From the NCBI GenBank assembly GCA_035764085.1, contig DASTZY010000082.1:11218-75217 (forward strand): a stretch of DNA of 64,000 bases, in the 5' to 3' direction. Position 1 is the stretch's first letter; every line of letters starts with the position of its first letter. This DNA comes from Gaiellaceae bacterium. Lineage in GTDB: Bacteria > Actinomycetota > Thermoleophilia > Gaiellales > Gaiellaceae. This document shows positions 1 through 8,223 of this stretch, piece by piece. Both the position numbers and the translations under genes were made by a program. The notes beneath the pieces were generated by a model. It was not told where the DNA came from and made no database searches. It saw nothing but the letters and a program-made list of their open reading frames with translations.

Positions 1-1
1 A

Positions 2-901
2 TCCCTCCTCGTGACGGGCGGCTCGGAGGGCTGGCGCACGGCGACTCTCGTCGAGCGGACGCTGGCGGCGCGCGTGCCGCTCTTCGGCGTCTCGCTCGTC
101 CTCAACCACCCGCACTTCACGGGGCCGCTGCGGGGCTATCCCTACGAGCTCGACGCGGCCGACCGGATCGCGCGCTCGCCGCTACGGCTCGCGTTCGCCG
201 CCGCTCCGGAGGCCGTCCGCCGCCGCGTACTCCGCTCGCTCCGAGGCGTGCGCACGGTGGCGGCGGTGCTCGCCGGGCCGCCGTCGGTCGTCCACGCCGA
301 GGCCCTGCTCCGCGCGATCGAGCTGCGGCGGGCGATCCTCGACGAACCCCTCGACGCGCTCGTGATCGCGATCCCGGGCACCACGCCGTTCCTGCCGCGG
401 GAGAAGCCGAACCCGCTCCTCGCCGCCCACCTCGGCCTCGGCCACGCCCTCGGCCTGTGGCGGGACGCCTTCCCCGTCGCCGACGGCGGCGTCGTCATCC
501 TCGTCCACCGCTTCCGCCGCGTCTTCGCCCGGCCGACACAGACGCCGTACCACGTCTTCTTCCGCTCCGACCCCATCGCCCGCGACCCGGCGCTGCTGGC
601 CGCCGCGGAGGATGCGGTCGCCGCCGACGCGCGCGCTCTCGAGGACTATCGCGCCGGCCGCACGGTGCATCCGCAGCTGCCGTTCCGCGACTGGGATTCG
701 TGCCGGCCGGCCCTCGAGAGGCTGGGCGCCGTCTACGTCGCGGGCGCGCGCGACGCCGCCGCGGTGCGGCAGCTCGGCTTCGTCCCGATCGGCGGCGTCG
801 GCGCCGCGCTGCAGATGGCGCGCGGGCACCGCGGCCCGGACGCGCGGATCGGCTTCCTCCTCGCTCCGCCCTACTTTCCCGTCGTCGTCGGCGAGTCATG
901 A
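2..901 (+). CDS. Hypothetical protein, C-terminal part (open at the window edge); weak resemblance to the C-terminal domain of LarA/lactate-racemase-like proteins
   Basis: Track ORF 11..901 stays open back to nt 2 in the same frame and has GC-rich third positions. The segment DALVIAIPG...PNPLL...GGVVILV recalls LarA-like C-terminal halves, from memory only. Confidence 0.5.
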   Translation, partial: SLLVTGGSEGWRTATLVERTLAARVPLFGVSLVLNHPHFTGPLRGYPYELDAADRIARSPLRLAFAAAPEAVRRRVLRSLRGVRTVAAVLAGPPSVVHAEALLRAIELRRAILDEPLDALVIAIPGTTPFLPREKPNPLLAAHLGLGHALGLWRDAFPVADGGVVILVHRFRRVFARPTQTPYHVFFRSDPIARDPALLAAAEDAVAADARALEDYRAGRTVHPQLPFRDWDSCRPALERLGAVYVAGARDAAAVRQLGFVPIGGVGAALQMARGHRGPDARIGFLLAPPYFPVVVGES

Positions 902-1009
902 CGCTCGTAATCTCATCGGCAACCGAATAGGATCGAGGCCCCGCGCGCTGGGCCGCGGCACCCGAGAGCACGGGGGAGTCGCCGGTCGTCGACGAAAGGA
1001 CGGGTGTCA

Positions 1010-2314
1010 ATGAGCGTCAGGAAGCTGGGGGGCCTCGTGCTCCTCGCCGGGGCGACAGCAGCGCTGGCAACGGCCGCCGCGAGCGCCCATCTCATGTCCG
1101 GGAGCCACACAGCCGGCCTCCCGAACACCTGCAGCAAGCCCGTAGGCAAGGGCAAGTACGTGATCGCCAGCGACTTCCCGCTCCAAGGGTCGCTTCGTCC
1201 GCTCTCCGTGCAGATGTCGCAGGCGGTCAAGTTCGAGCTGCAGAAGATGCACTTCAAGATCGGCAAGTACACGGTGCAGTACGTCAGCTGCGACGACTCG
1301 ACCGCCGCCAAGGGGTCCTGGGATCCGCAGACCTGCACGAACAACGCCAACAGCTACAGGAGCGTCTCCAACCTCCTCGGCGTGATCGGCACCTACAACT
1401 CGGGCTGCGCGGAGATCATCGCGCCGATCCTGAACCGCGCTCCCGGCGGCGGGATCCCGATGGTGAGCCCCGCGAACACCTACGTCGGCCTGACGAAGGC
1501 GGACGGTGTGGCGGGTGAGCCGCAGAAGTACTTCCCGACCGGGAAGCGGAACTACGCCCGCGTGGCGGTGCCCGACAACTTCCAGGGTGCGGCGGACGCG
1601 GTGTATCTGAAGCAGAAGAAGATCAAGACCGTCTATGTCCTCAACGACGCCGAGGCATACGGCCTCGGAATCGCGAACAACTTCGTGCGGGCCGCGAAGA
1701 AGCTCGGGATCAAGGTGCTCGGCAACTCGAAGTGGGACCCGAACCAGCCGAACTACCAGTCGCTGTACCAGGGCATCGCCTCGAAGCACCCGCAGGCGAT
1801 CTTCCTCGGCGGCATCGTCTCGAACAACGGCGGCCAGCTGATCAAGGACAAGGTGTCCGTCCTCGGCAACAACTCGAAGGTGCTGCTGCTCGCGACCGAC
1901 GGCTTCAACGACTCGGCGACGGCGAAGGACGCCGGCTCGGCTGCCAACGGCATGTACGTCACGATCGGCGGCTCCGATCCGAACAAGCTGTCGAACGCGA
2001 GTGGACGCGCCTTCGTCAAGGCGTTCCGGAAGGCGTACCACGTCAAGCAGCTCGAGGCCTACACCGCCTACGCGGCGCAGGCGACGCTCGTGCTGGCGAA
2101 CGCGCTCGTGAAGGGGAACGGGACGCGGGCCTCGACGGATCAGCACCTCTTCAACCAGAAGTTCCCGAAGGGGATCATCGGCTCGTTCAAGATCGACTCG
2201 TCCGGCGACCCGACGCTCGCCGGGGTCACGGTCGACGTGATCAAGGGCGGCGTCATCAAGGCCGTCACCGAGATCAACCCGCCGATCGCCCTCGCGAAGG
2301 CGGCGCTCGGCTGA
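1010..2314 (+). CDS. ABC transporter substrate-binding protein, LIV/HAAT family (LivJ-like), secreted
   Basis: Track ORF 1004..2314. ATG 1010 lies 9 nt after GAAAGGA (994-1000). It has a signal-like N-terminus (LVLLAGATAALATAAASA) and sits directly upstream of livHMGF-type genes. Confidence 0.85.
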   Translation: MSVRKLGGLVLLAGATAALATAAASAHLMSGSHTAGLPNTCSKPVGKGKYVIASDFPLQGSLRPLSVQMSQAVKFELQKMHFKIGKYTVQYVSCDDSTAAKGSWDPQTCTNNANSYRSVSNLLGVIGTYNSGCAEIIAPILNRAPGGGIPMVSPANTYVGLTKADGVAGEPQKYFPTGKRNYARVAVPDNFQGAADAVYLKQKKIKTVYVLNDAEAYGLGIANNFVRAAKKLGIKVLGNSKWDPNQPNYQSLYQGIASKHPQAIFLGGIVSNNGGQLIKDKVSVLGNNSKVLLLATDGFNDSATAKDAGSAANGMYVTIGGSDPNKLSNASGRAFVKAFRKAYHVKQLEAYTAYAAQATLVLANALVKGNGTRASTDQHLFNQKFPKGIIGSFKIDSSGDPTLAGVTVDVIKGGVIKAVTEINPPIALAKAALG

Positions 2315-2338
2315 TCCTCTAGCGGAACGAGCTGAGTC

Positions 2339-3412
2339 ATGGGGACGAGCGTGGGGACGGCCGCCGCGAGCAGGCGGCCGATCCTCGCGCTCATCCCCCG
2401 CGTGCGGAGCCGGATCGTCACCGGGCTCGGGTTCCTGCTGCTCGCGTTCGTGGTGTTCTGGCTCGTCGAGAACGCCGTCCACAACATCCAGCAGTTCGGG
2501 CTCGTCTCCCTGAACGGGATCACGAACGGCTCGATCTACGCACTCGTCGCAATCGGGTACACGCTCGTCTACGGGATCATCGAGCTGATCAACTTCGCCC
2601 ACGGGGACGTCTTCACGTGGGGGGCGATGATCACCTACAGCGTCGGGATCAGCTGGCTCGGCGCCGACACCCACTCGGGCTTCGCGCTGTTCGGCATCCT
2701 CGCCGTCGCCCTCGTCTGTGCGGCGGCGTTCTGCGCCGCGCTCAACATGGCGGTGGAGCGGGTCGCGTACCGGCGCCTCCGGAACGCGCCTCGCCTGGCG
2801 CCGCTGATCACGGCGATCGGCATGTCGTTCATCCTCTCGAACCTGATCGCCGTGGTCTTCGGCTTCAACTACGTGAGCACCGAGCCGCTGCTGCCGCGCG
2901 ACGCGATCTTCACGATCGGGGGACAGCCATTCGGCTGGGACAAGCTGATCGTGCTCCTGATCACGGTGCCCACCCTCATCGTCACGATGGCCGTGGTCAA
3001 GCGGACGCGCTGGGGCAAGGCGATGCGCGCGACCGCCCAGAACCGCGACGCCGCCCGGCTGATGGGAATCAACATCGACCGCGCGATCGCCTTCGCGTTC
3101 GGCCTCGGCGGCGCGCTCGCGGGCGTCGGCGGCTTCGTCTACTTCGTCTACTTCACGCAGGCACGCTTCGACCTCGGGTTCCAGATCGGGCTCTTCGCCT
3201 TCACCGCGGCCGTCCTCGGCGGGATCGGGAACATCCTGGGCGCCGCGCTCGGCGGCTACATGATCGGCTTCATCGAGAACTTCAACAGCGGGCTCACCTG
3301 GCACGCGCCCGGCCCGAGCTGGACGACCTCGCTCATCTTCGTGATCCTGATCCTGACGCTCGTCTTCAGGCCGCAGGGCCTCCTCGGCGAGGAGCTGAGC
3401 ACCCGGTCGTGA
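2339..3412 (+). CDS. livH: Branched-chain amino acid ABC transporter permease (LivH-type)
   Basis: Multi-TM protein with the LivH-like N-terminal core NGSIYALVAIGYTLVYGIIELINFAHGD. Second gene of the SBP-permease-permease-ATPase-ATPase operon. Confidence 0.9.
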   Translation: MGTSVGTAAASRRPILALIPRVRSRIVTGLGFLLLAFVVFWLVENAVHNIQQFGLVSLNGITNGSIYALVAIGYTLVYGIIELINFAHGDVFTWGAMITYSVGISWLGADTHSGFALFGILAVALVCAAAFCAALNMAVERVAYRRLRNAPRLAPLITAIGMSFILSNLIAVVFGFNYVSTEPLLPRDAIFTIGGQPFGWDKLIVLLITVPTLIVTMAVVKRTRWGKAMRATAQNRDAARLMGINIDRAIAFAFGLGGALAGVGGFVYFVYFTQARFDLGFQIGLFAFTAAVLGGIGNILGAALGGYMIGFIENFNSGLTWHAPGPSWTTSLIFVILILTLVFRPQGLLGEELSTRS

Positions 3413-4611
3413 GGGGCATCCCGCGTCCGCATCCGAGGCCCGAGACGAGGAAGCGGCTCGTCCGGCTGCTGATCGGCCTGGTCTTCGTCCTGCTCCTGAT
3501 CTACCCCTGGCTCTACTCGAACTACCTGACGACGGTCCTCACGCAATGGCTCCCGGACACGTCGACGGCCTTCGTGATCCTCGCCTTCACCGTCATGGGG
3601 CTCGGGCTCAACTTCGTCGTGGGCTACGCGGGCCTGCTCGACCTGGGCTATGTCGCCTTCTTCGCGGCCGGCGCGTACGTCGCCGGCTGGCTCGCGTCCG
3701 AGCAGTTCGCGAACGCCGGCTCCGTCATCTTCGGCGGCACCGTGCTGCCCGGCACGCCCGGGATCCACCTCTCGCCGTGGCTCGTGCTCCTCATCGCGGC
3801 GGTCTTCGCCGCGCTCCTCGGCGCCCTGATCGGCATCCCGACGCTGCGCCTGCGCGGCGACTATCTCGCCATCGTCACGCTCGGATTCGGAGAGATCATC
3901 CCGCAGTTCGTGCGCAACGGCGACAGCCTCGGCGGCTTCAACCTCACCAACGGAGCGTTCGGGATGAACGGGATCGACGGCCTCGGCTTCGGCGTCGCCG
4001 TCCACCACACGATTCACCAGCTGCCGGAGAACTTCCTCAACGAGCTGGACTCGCGCTGGTTCTACTGGACGGCGCTCGCGCTCGTCGTCGTGACCATCGT
4101 GACCTCGCTCCTCCTGCGCGACTCGCGGATCGGCCGGGCCTGGATCGCGATTCGCGAGGACGAGGATGCGGCCGCGGCGATGGGAGTCCCCCTGATGCGC
4201 ACCAAGACGCTCTCCTACACGATCGGAGCGTTCTTCGGCGGCGCCGCGGGCTGCCTGATCACGCTCCAGGCGGGCTCCACCTCGCCCGACGCGTTCAGCC
4301 TCCAGGTGTCGATCTTCGTGCTGTGCATGGTCATCCTCGGCGGGATCGGCAACGTCTGGGGCGTCACGCTCGGAGGCCTCCTCCTCGCGTACGTCAACTA
4401 CAAGGGCCTGTTCGCCGCCGGGCACACGTTCAACTCGACGTTCGGCACCAACATCGACATCCCGGAGTACTCGTACCTCATCTACGGCGTGGCGATCGTG
4501 CTCTTCATGCTGATCCGGCCCGAGGGCCTGATCCCGAGCGCGCGGCGGCGGGCCGAGCTGCACGAGGAGGAAGAGGAGGAGAACGTGATCCCGGAGGCCT
4601 CGACGGCGTGA
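3409..4611 (+). CDS. livM: Branched-chain amino acid ABC transporter permease (LivM-type)
   Basis: In-frame tail of track ORF 2617..4611. GTG 3409 overlaps the livH stop (GTGA). Hydrophobic protein with LLDLGYVAFFAAGAYV, typical of LivM. Confidence 0.85.
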   Translation: MRGIPRPHPRPETRKRLVRLLIGLVFVLLLIYPWLYSNYLTTVLTQWLPDTSTAFVILAFTVMGLGLNFVVGYAGLLDLGYVAFFAAGAYVAGWLASEQFANAGSVIFGGTVLPGTPGIHLSPWLVLLIAAVFAALLGALIGIPTLRLRGDYLAIVTLGFGEIIPQFVRNGDSLGGFNLTNGAFGMNGIDGLGFGVAVHHTIHQLPENFLNELDSRWFYWTALALVVVTIVTSLLLRDSRIGRAWIAIREDEDAAAAMGVPLMRTKTLSYTIGAFFGGAAGCLITLQAGSTSPDAFSLQVSIFVLCMVILGGIGNVWGVTLGGLLLAYVNYKGLFAAGHTFNSTFGTNIDIPEYSYLIYGVAIVLFMLIRPEGLIPSARRRAELHEEEEEENVIPEASTA

Positions 4612-5390
4612 GCGCCGACGCGCTCGTCGACGCCCGCTCGGTCCGGAAGGAGTTCGGCGGGCTCGTGGCGTGCAGCGACATCGACTTCACCGTCGAGCGC
4701 GGCTCGATCGCGAGCCTGATCGGCCCGAACGGCGCCGGGAAGACGACGTTCTTCAACATGCTGACCGGTGCCTACACGCCGACCGCGGGCGAGATCGTGT
4801 TCGACGGCCGCGACATCGTCGGCCTCCCGCAGCACAAGATCACGGCGCTCGGCATCGGCCGCACGTTCCAGAACATCCGCCTCTTCGGCGCGATGACCGC
4901 GCGGGAGAACGTGCTCGTCGGGATGCACTCGCGCCTGAGTAGCGGCCTCTTCGGGAGCCTGTTGCGCACGCCGCGGCAGCGCCACGAGGAGCGGGAAGGG
5001 CGCGCGCAGGCCCGCGACCTGCTCGCCTACTGCGGCGTGCCGGCGCGTGCCGAGCACCAGTACGCGCGGCACCTCTCGTACGGCGACCAGCGTCGCGTGG
5101 AGGTCGCCCGCGCGCTCGCGACCGATCCGAAGCTGCTGCTGCTCGACGAGCCGACCGCGGGCATGAACCCAAGGGAGACGACTGCGTTCGTGGAGTTCGT
5201 GCGGCGCGTGCGGGACGAACGCGGGCTCACGGTGCTCCTGATCGAGCACGACATGAGGGTCGTCGTCGAGGTCTCCGAGCGCGTGACCGTGCTCGACTAC
5301 GGAGAGAAGATCGCCGAGGGCACGCCGGACGAGGTCACCGCCGACGAACGGGTGCGCTCGGCCTATCTCGGCACGAAGCCCGTCGCATGA
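4608..5390 (+). CDS. livG: ABC transporter ATP-binding protein (LivG-type)
   Basis: Tail of track ORF 3546..5390. GTG 4608 lies in a GTGA overlap. Walker A GPNGAGKTT, signature LSYGDQRRVEVARAL, Walker B LLLLDEPTAG. Confidence 0.9.
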   Translation: MSADALVDARSVRKEFGGLVACSDIDFTVERGSIASLIGPNGAGKTTFFNMLTGAYTPTAGEIVFDGRDIVGLPQHKITALGIGRTFQNIRLFGAMTARENVLVGMHSRLSSGLFGSLLRTPRQRHEEREGRAQARDLLAYCGVPARAEHQYARHLSYGDQRRVEVARALATDPKLLLLDEPTAGMNPRETTAFVEFVRRVRDERGLTVLLIEHDMRVVVEVSERVTVLDYGEKIAEGTPDEVTADERVRSAYLGTKPVA

Positions 5391-6127
5391 GCGAGGCGGC
5401 GACGAACGGCGCCCAGCCGCTGCTCGAGCTGGAGGCCGTGCACGTCTACTACGGCGCGATCCACGCGTTGAAAGGCGTGTCCCTGCGGGTCGATCCGGGC
5501 CAGATCGTGACGCTGATCGGCGCCAACGGCGCAGGCAAGTCGACGACGCTGCGCACGATCTCCGGGCTCCTGCGCCCGCGCAAGGGGACGATGCGATTCG
5601 CCGGCGAGGACATCGTGCGCGCAAGCTCGCAGAGGATCGTCGGGCTCGGCATCGCGCAGGCTCCGGAGGGCCGCCAGCTGTTCTCGCGCATGACCGTCCT
5701 CGAGAACCTCGAGATGGGGGCGTTCCAGCGGCGTGACCGGGAGGAGGTCGCGGCGGACATGGAGCGCGTCTACACGCTCTTTCCCCGCCTGGCCGAGCGC
5801 CGGACGCAGAAGGCCGGGACGCTCTCGGGCGGCGAGCAGCAGATGTGCGCGATCGGCCGGGCCCTCGTCGCACGGCCGCGCCTGCTCATGCTCGACGAGC
5901 CGTCGATGGGTCTCTCCCCCCGTCTCGTCGACCAGATCTTCGAGGTGATCGCGGACATCAACCGGCAGGGGACGACCGTCCTGCTGGTCGAGCAGAACGC
6001 CGCCCGGGCGCTCGAGATCGCCCACCGCGGCTACGTGCTGGAGACGGGCCGGGTCACGCTCGCCGACGCGGCGGAGGCGCTGCGCTCGAACGAGCGCGTG
6101 CGCGCGTCGTACCTCGGCGAGGGGTAG
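5387..6127 (+). CDS. livF: ABC transporter ATP-binding protein (LivF-type)
   Basis: ATG 5387 lies in an ATGA overlap with livG. Walker A GANGAGKST, signature LSGGEQQM, Walker B LLMLDEPS. Confidence 0.9.
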   Translation: MSEAATNGAQPLLELEAVHVYYGAIHALKGVSLRVDPGQIVTLIGANGAGKSTTLRTISGLLRPRKGTMRFAGEDIVRASSQRIVGLGIAQAPEGRQLFSRMTVLENLEMGAFQRRDREEVAADMERVYTLFPRLAERRTQKAGTLSGGEQQMCAIGRALVARPRLLMLDEPSMGLSPRLVDQIFEVIADINRQGTTVLLVEQNAARALEIAHRGYVLETGRVTLADAAEALRSNERVRASYLGEG

Positions 6128-6128
6128 G

Positions 6129-6683
6129 TCAGGCCGGGCGCAGCCCGAGGACGTCGGCGGCCGCGGCGACCTCGTCGTCCTCGACCGCGAGCGGGCGGGC
6201 CGAGACGAGCCGGAGCGCGGGGGCGGCGCGATCGAACAGCGTCACGTTCAGCCACTGCGACTCGAACGTCGACCACCAGCGCAGGCCTGCCGCGCCGGGG
6301 TGACGCTCGTAGAGCGCCCGCGCCTGCGGCTGCGTCACCTCCCGCGCGCGCGTGGCGACGACGGAGGGCCGCAGCTGCTCCCTTCGCAGCACCGCCGGTT
6401 CGTCGAGGTCGACGAGCTCGGCGTCGTCGGCCAGCTCCAGCTCGGCGAGCGCGAGGGGCAGGCCGCGCCGCACGAGCAGGGCCGGAAGCAGACGCTGGCC
6501 GCGGAAGCGCGCGAGCTGCTCCACGACGCACGAGAGCGGCCGCTCGGACAGGTAGAGGCAGCCGTACAGGTCGGCGTTGTCGTGGCGGCCGTCTCCCTGG
6601 TACGGGCGCGGGAACCAGACGGCGCCGTCGAGGCCGTCGGGACGAGCGCGCCGGTTCCAGGCGAAGCAGCGGTACAGGATCAC
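6129..6683 (-). CDS. RES domain toxin (MbcT/ParT family)
   Basis: Tail of track ORF 6129..6845. GTG 6683 overlaps the antitoxin stop (GTGA). R/E/S-type motifs GDGRHDN, LYLSERPLSCVVE and LRWWSTFES. Confidence 0.8.
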   Translation of the reverse strand: MILYRCFAWNRRARPDGLDGAVWFPRPYQGDGRHDNADLYGCLYLSERPLSCVVEQLARFRGQRLLPALLVRRGLPLALAELELADDAELVDLDEPAVLRREQLRPSVVATRAREVTQPQARALYERHPGAAGLRWWSTFESQWLNVTLFDRAAPALRLVSARPLAVEDDEVAAAADVLGLRPA

Positions 6684-7012
6684 GCGAAGACGTCCGAGCG
6701 CTCGGCCCGGATGGCGCGCATCAGCTCCTCGGTGCGGCCGGCGCGGATGAGGTCGATCGGGCGCCGGTCGCCGAGGAACGGGTTGAGGCCGAACAGCCAG
6801 GCGAGCGCGGCCTCGCGCTCGTAGAGGCGGAGGAGGTTCGCCCACACGAGCTCGAGCAGGTCGACCTTCTCGGCGTTGAGGGGGTCGATGCCGGACCCGC
6901 GCAGCCAGCGTGTCACCTGCGCACGACTGACGCCGAGCATGTCGGCCAGCCGCGCGGCCGAGCCCACGTCGATCCGGAGCGCGTCCACCTTGGCAGCGAT
7001 CGCGACGGGCAT
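6680..7012 (-). CDS. Xre-type antitoxin with a DUF2384 (MbcA/ParS) toxin-binding domain
   Basis: ATG 7012 is preceded by AAGGTGA. HTH segment LADMLGVSRAQVTRWLRG. C-terminal AALAWLFGLNPFLGDRRPIDLIRAG is typical of DUF2384. Confidence 0.8.
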   Translation of the reverse strand: MPVAIAAKVDALRIDVGSAARLADMLGVSRAQVTRWLRGSGIDPLNAEKVDLLELVWANLLRLYEREAALAWLFGLNPFLGDRRPIDLIRAGRTEELMRAIRAERSDVFA

Positions 7013-7025
7013 GTGGCTCACCTTA

Positions 7026-7063
7026 GCGCAACGGTTGTTGTTGCGCAACATATTCTGTTGCGC
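7026..7063. promoter_or_regulatory. Putative operator array: perfect palindrome GTTGCGCAAC flanked by two half-sites at 17-bp spacing
   Basis: GCGCAAC at 7026-7032, GTTGCGCAAC at 7040-7049, GTTGCGC at 7057-7063. The arrangement is symmetric in the AT-richer spacer between the antitoxin start and tRNA-Leu. Confidence 0.5.
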
Positions 7064-7085
7064 TGAACGTGCGCCGGGGCACCAG

Positions 7086-7091
7086 TACAAT
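7086..7091 (+). promoter_or_regulatory. Candidate -10 hexamer TACAAT for tRNA-Leu (and pfk) transcription
   Basis: TACAAT ends 8 nt before the mature tRNA 5' end (7100). No convincing -35 element was seen. Confidence 0.3.
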
Positions 7092-7099
7092 CGCGGAGC

Positions 7100-7184
7100 G
7101 CGGCGGTGGCGGAACTGGTCTACGCGCCGGACTCAAAATCCGGTGCCCCTCTGGGGCTTGTGGGTTCGACTCCCACCCGCCGCA
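7100..7184 (+). tRNA. tRNA-Leu (anticodon CAA), type II with a long variable arm, no encoded CCA
   Basis: Acceptor GCGGCGG/CCGCCGC, anticodon stem CCGGA/TCCGG with loop CTCAAAA, long variable arm, T arm GTGGG-TTCGACT-CCCAC, discriminator A at 7184. Confidence 0.9.
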
Positions 7185-7188
7185 CTCG

Positions 7189-8220
7189 ATGGCGAACACG
7201 ATCGGAATCCTCACCGGCGGCGGCGACTGCCCCGGACTGAACGCGGTCATCCGCGCAGTCGTGCGCCGCGCCGACGCGGCTGGGTGGGACGTGGTCGCGG
7301 TGCGCGAGGGGTGGCGCGGCCTGGTCGAGCCGATCTTCGAGGACCTCGGGCCGCAGCAGGTGTCGGGGATCCTGCCGCGCGGCGGCACGATCATCGGCAC
7401 GAGCCGCACCAACCCGTTCAAGGTCGAGGGCGCGGTCGAGCGCGTGCTGCAGAACTTCTCCGACCGCGCCCTCGACGCGCTGGTCGCGATCGGCGGCGAG
7501 GACACGCTCGGCGTGGCGGCGCGACTGTACGCCGAGCACGACTTCCCGGTAGTGGGCGTGCCGAAGACGATCGACAACGACCTCTCGGGCACCGACTACA
7601 CCTTCGGCTTCGACACGGCGGTCTTCATCGCGACCGAGGCGATCGACCGCCTCCACACGACCGCCGAGTCTCACAACCGCGTCATGGTCGTGGAGGTGAT
7701 GGGCCGCCACACCGGCTGGATCGCGGTGATGAGCGGCATCGCCGGCGGCGCCGACGTGATCCTCGTCCCGGAGATCCCCGTCGACTTCGACGAGGTCGCG
7801 GAGTCGATTCGCAAACGGCACTCCCGCGGCAAGAACTTCTCCATCGTCGTGGTCAGCGAGGGCTGCGAGCTGCCCGGGCTCGCGGACGGCGGCGAGCAGG
7901 ATCAGTTCGGGCACGTGATCCTGGCGAAGCGCGGCGTCGGGGAGGCGCTCGGCCGGGAGATCGAGCAGCGCACGGGCTACGAGACGCGAGTCACGGTGCT
8001 CGGCCACGTACAGCGCGGCGGCTCCCCCACTCCGCGCGACCGCGTGCTGGCGACACGATTCGGCCTCGAGGCCGCCGACCTCGCCGTGGCGGGGAAGTTC
8101 GGCCAGATGGCGGCCCTGCGAGGGGACGACGTGGTCGCCGTCCCGCTCGCAGAAGCGACCGCCGAGCTGAAGGTCGTGCCGCGCGAGTGGTACGACGTCG
8201 CGCGCGCCTTCTTCGGCTAG
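7189..8220 (+). CDS. pfkA: 6-phosphofructokinase (ATP- or PPi-dependent, not distinguishable here)
   Basis: Tail of track ORF 7069..8220, starting at ATG 7189. Motifs GILTGGGDCPGLNA, IGGEDTLG, PKTIDND, VMGRHTGWIA. Confidence 0.9.
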   Translation: MANTIGILTGGGDCPGLNAVIRAVVRRADAAGWDVVAVREGWRGLVEPIFEDLGPQQVSGILPRGGTIIGTSRTNPFKVEGAVERVLQNFSDRALDALVAIGGEDTLGVAARLYAEHDFPVVGVPKTIDNDLSGTDYTFGFDTAVFIATEAIDRLHTTAESHNRVMVVEVMGRHTGWIAVMSGIAGGADVILVPEIPVDFDEVAESIRKRHSRGKNFSIVVVSEGCELPGLADGGEQDQFGHVILAKRGVGEALGREIEQRTGYETRVTVLGHVQRGGSPTPRDRVLATRFGLEAADLAVAGKFGQMAALRGDDVVAVPLAEATAELKVVPREWYDVARAFFG

Positions 8221-8223
8221 CGG

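Noticed and set aside
1007-3304. Very long antisense or off-frame ORFs in the track, for example 1007..3304(-), 3256..4563(-), 8270..9991(-), 8707..10404(+), 11733..13544(-), 13787..15997(+), 28112..29854(+), the 5' two-thirds of 39228..42758(+), and 54894..56621(-)
   Set aside because: Their translations are Arg/Pro/Gly/Asp-rich low-complexity strings with no motifs. Each lies opposite or out of frame to a gene with clear family motifs. These are the shadow ORFs expected in very GC-rich DNA.
6129-8220. A genomic island or integrated element at tRNA-Leu carrying the TA pair
   Set aside because: There is no integrase, and I saw no direct repeat of the tRNA 3' end. The TA pair lies on the 5' side of the tRNA, and the 3' side is immediately pfk.
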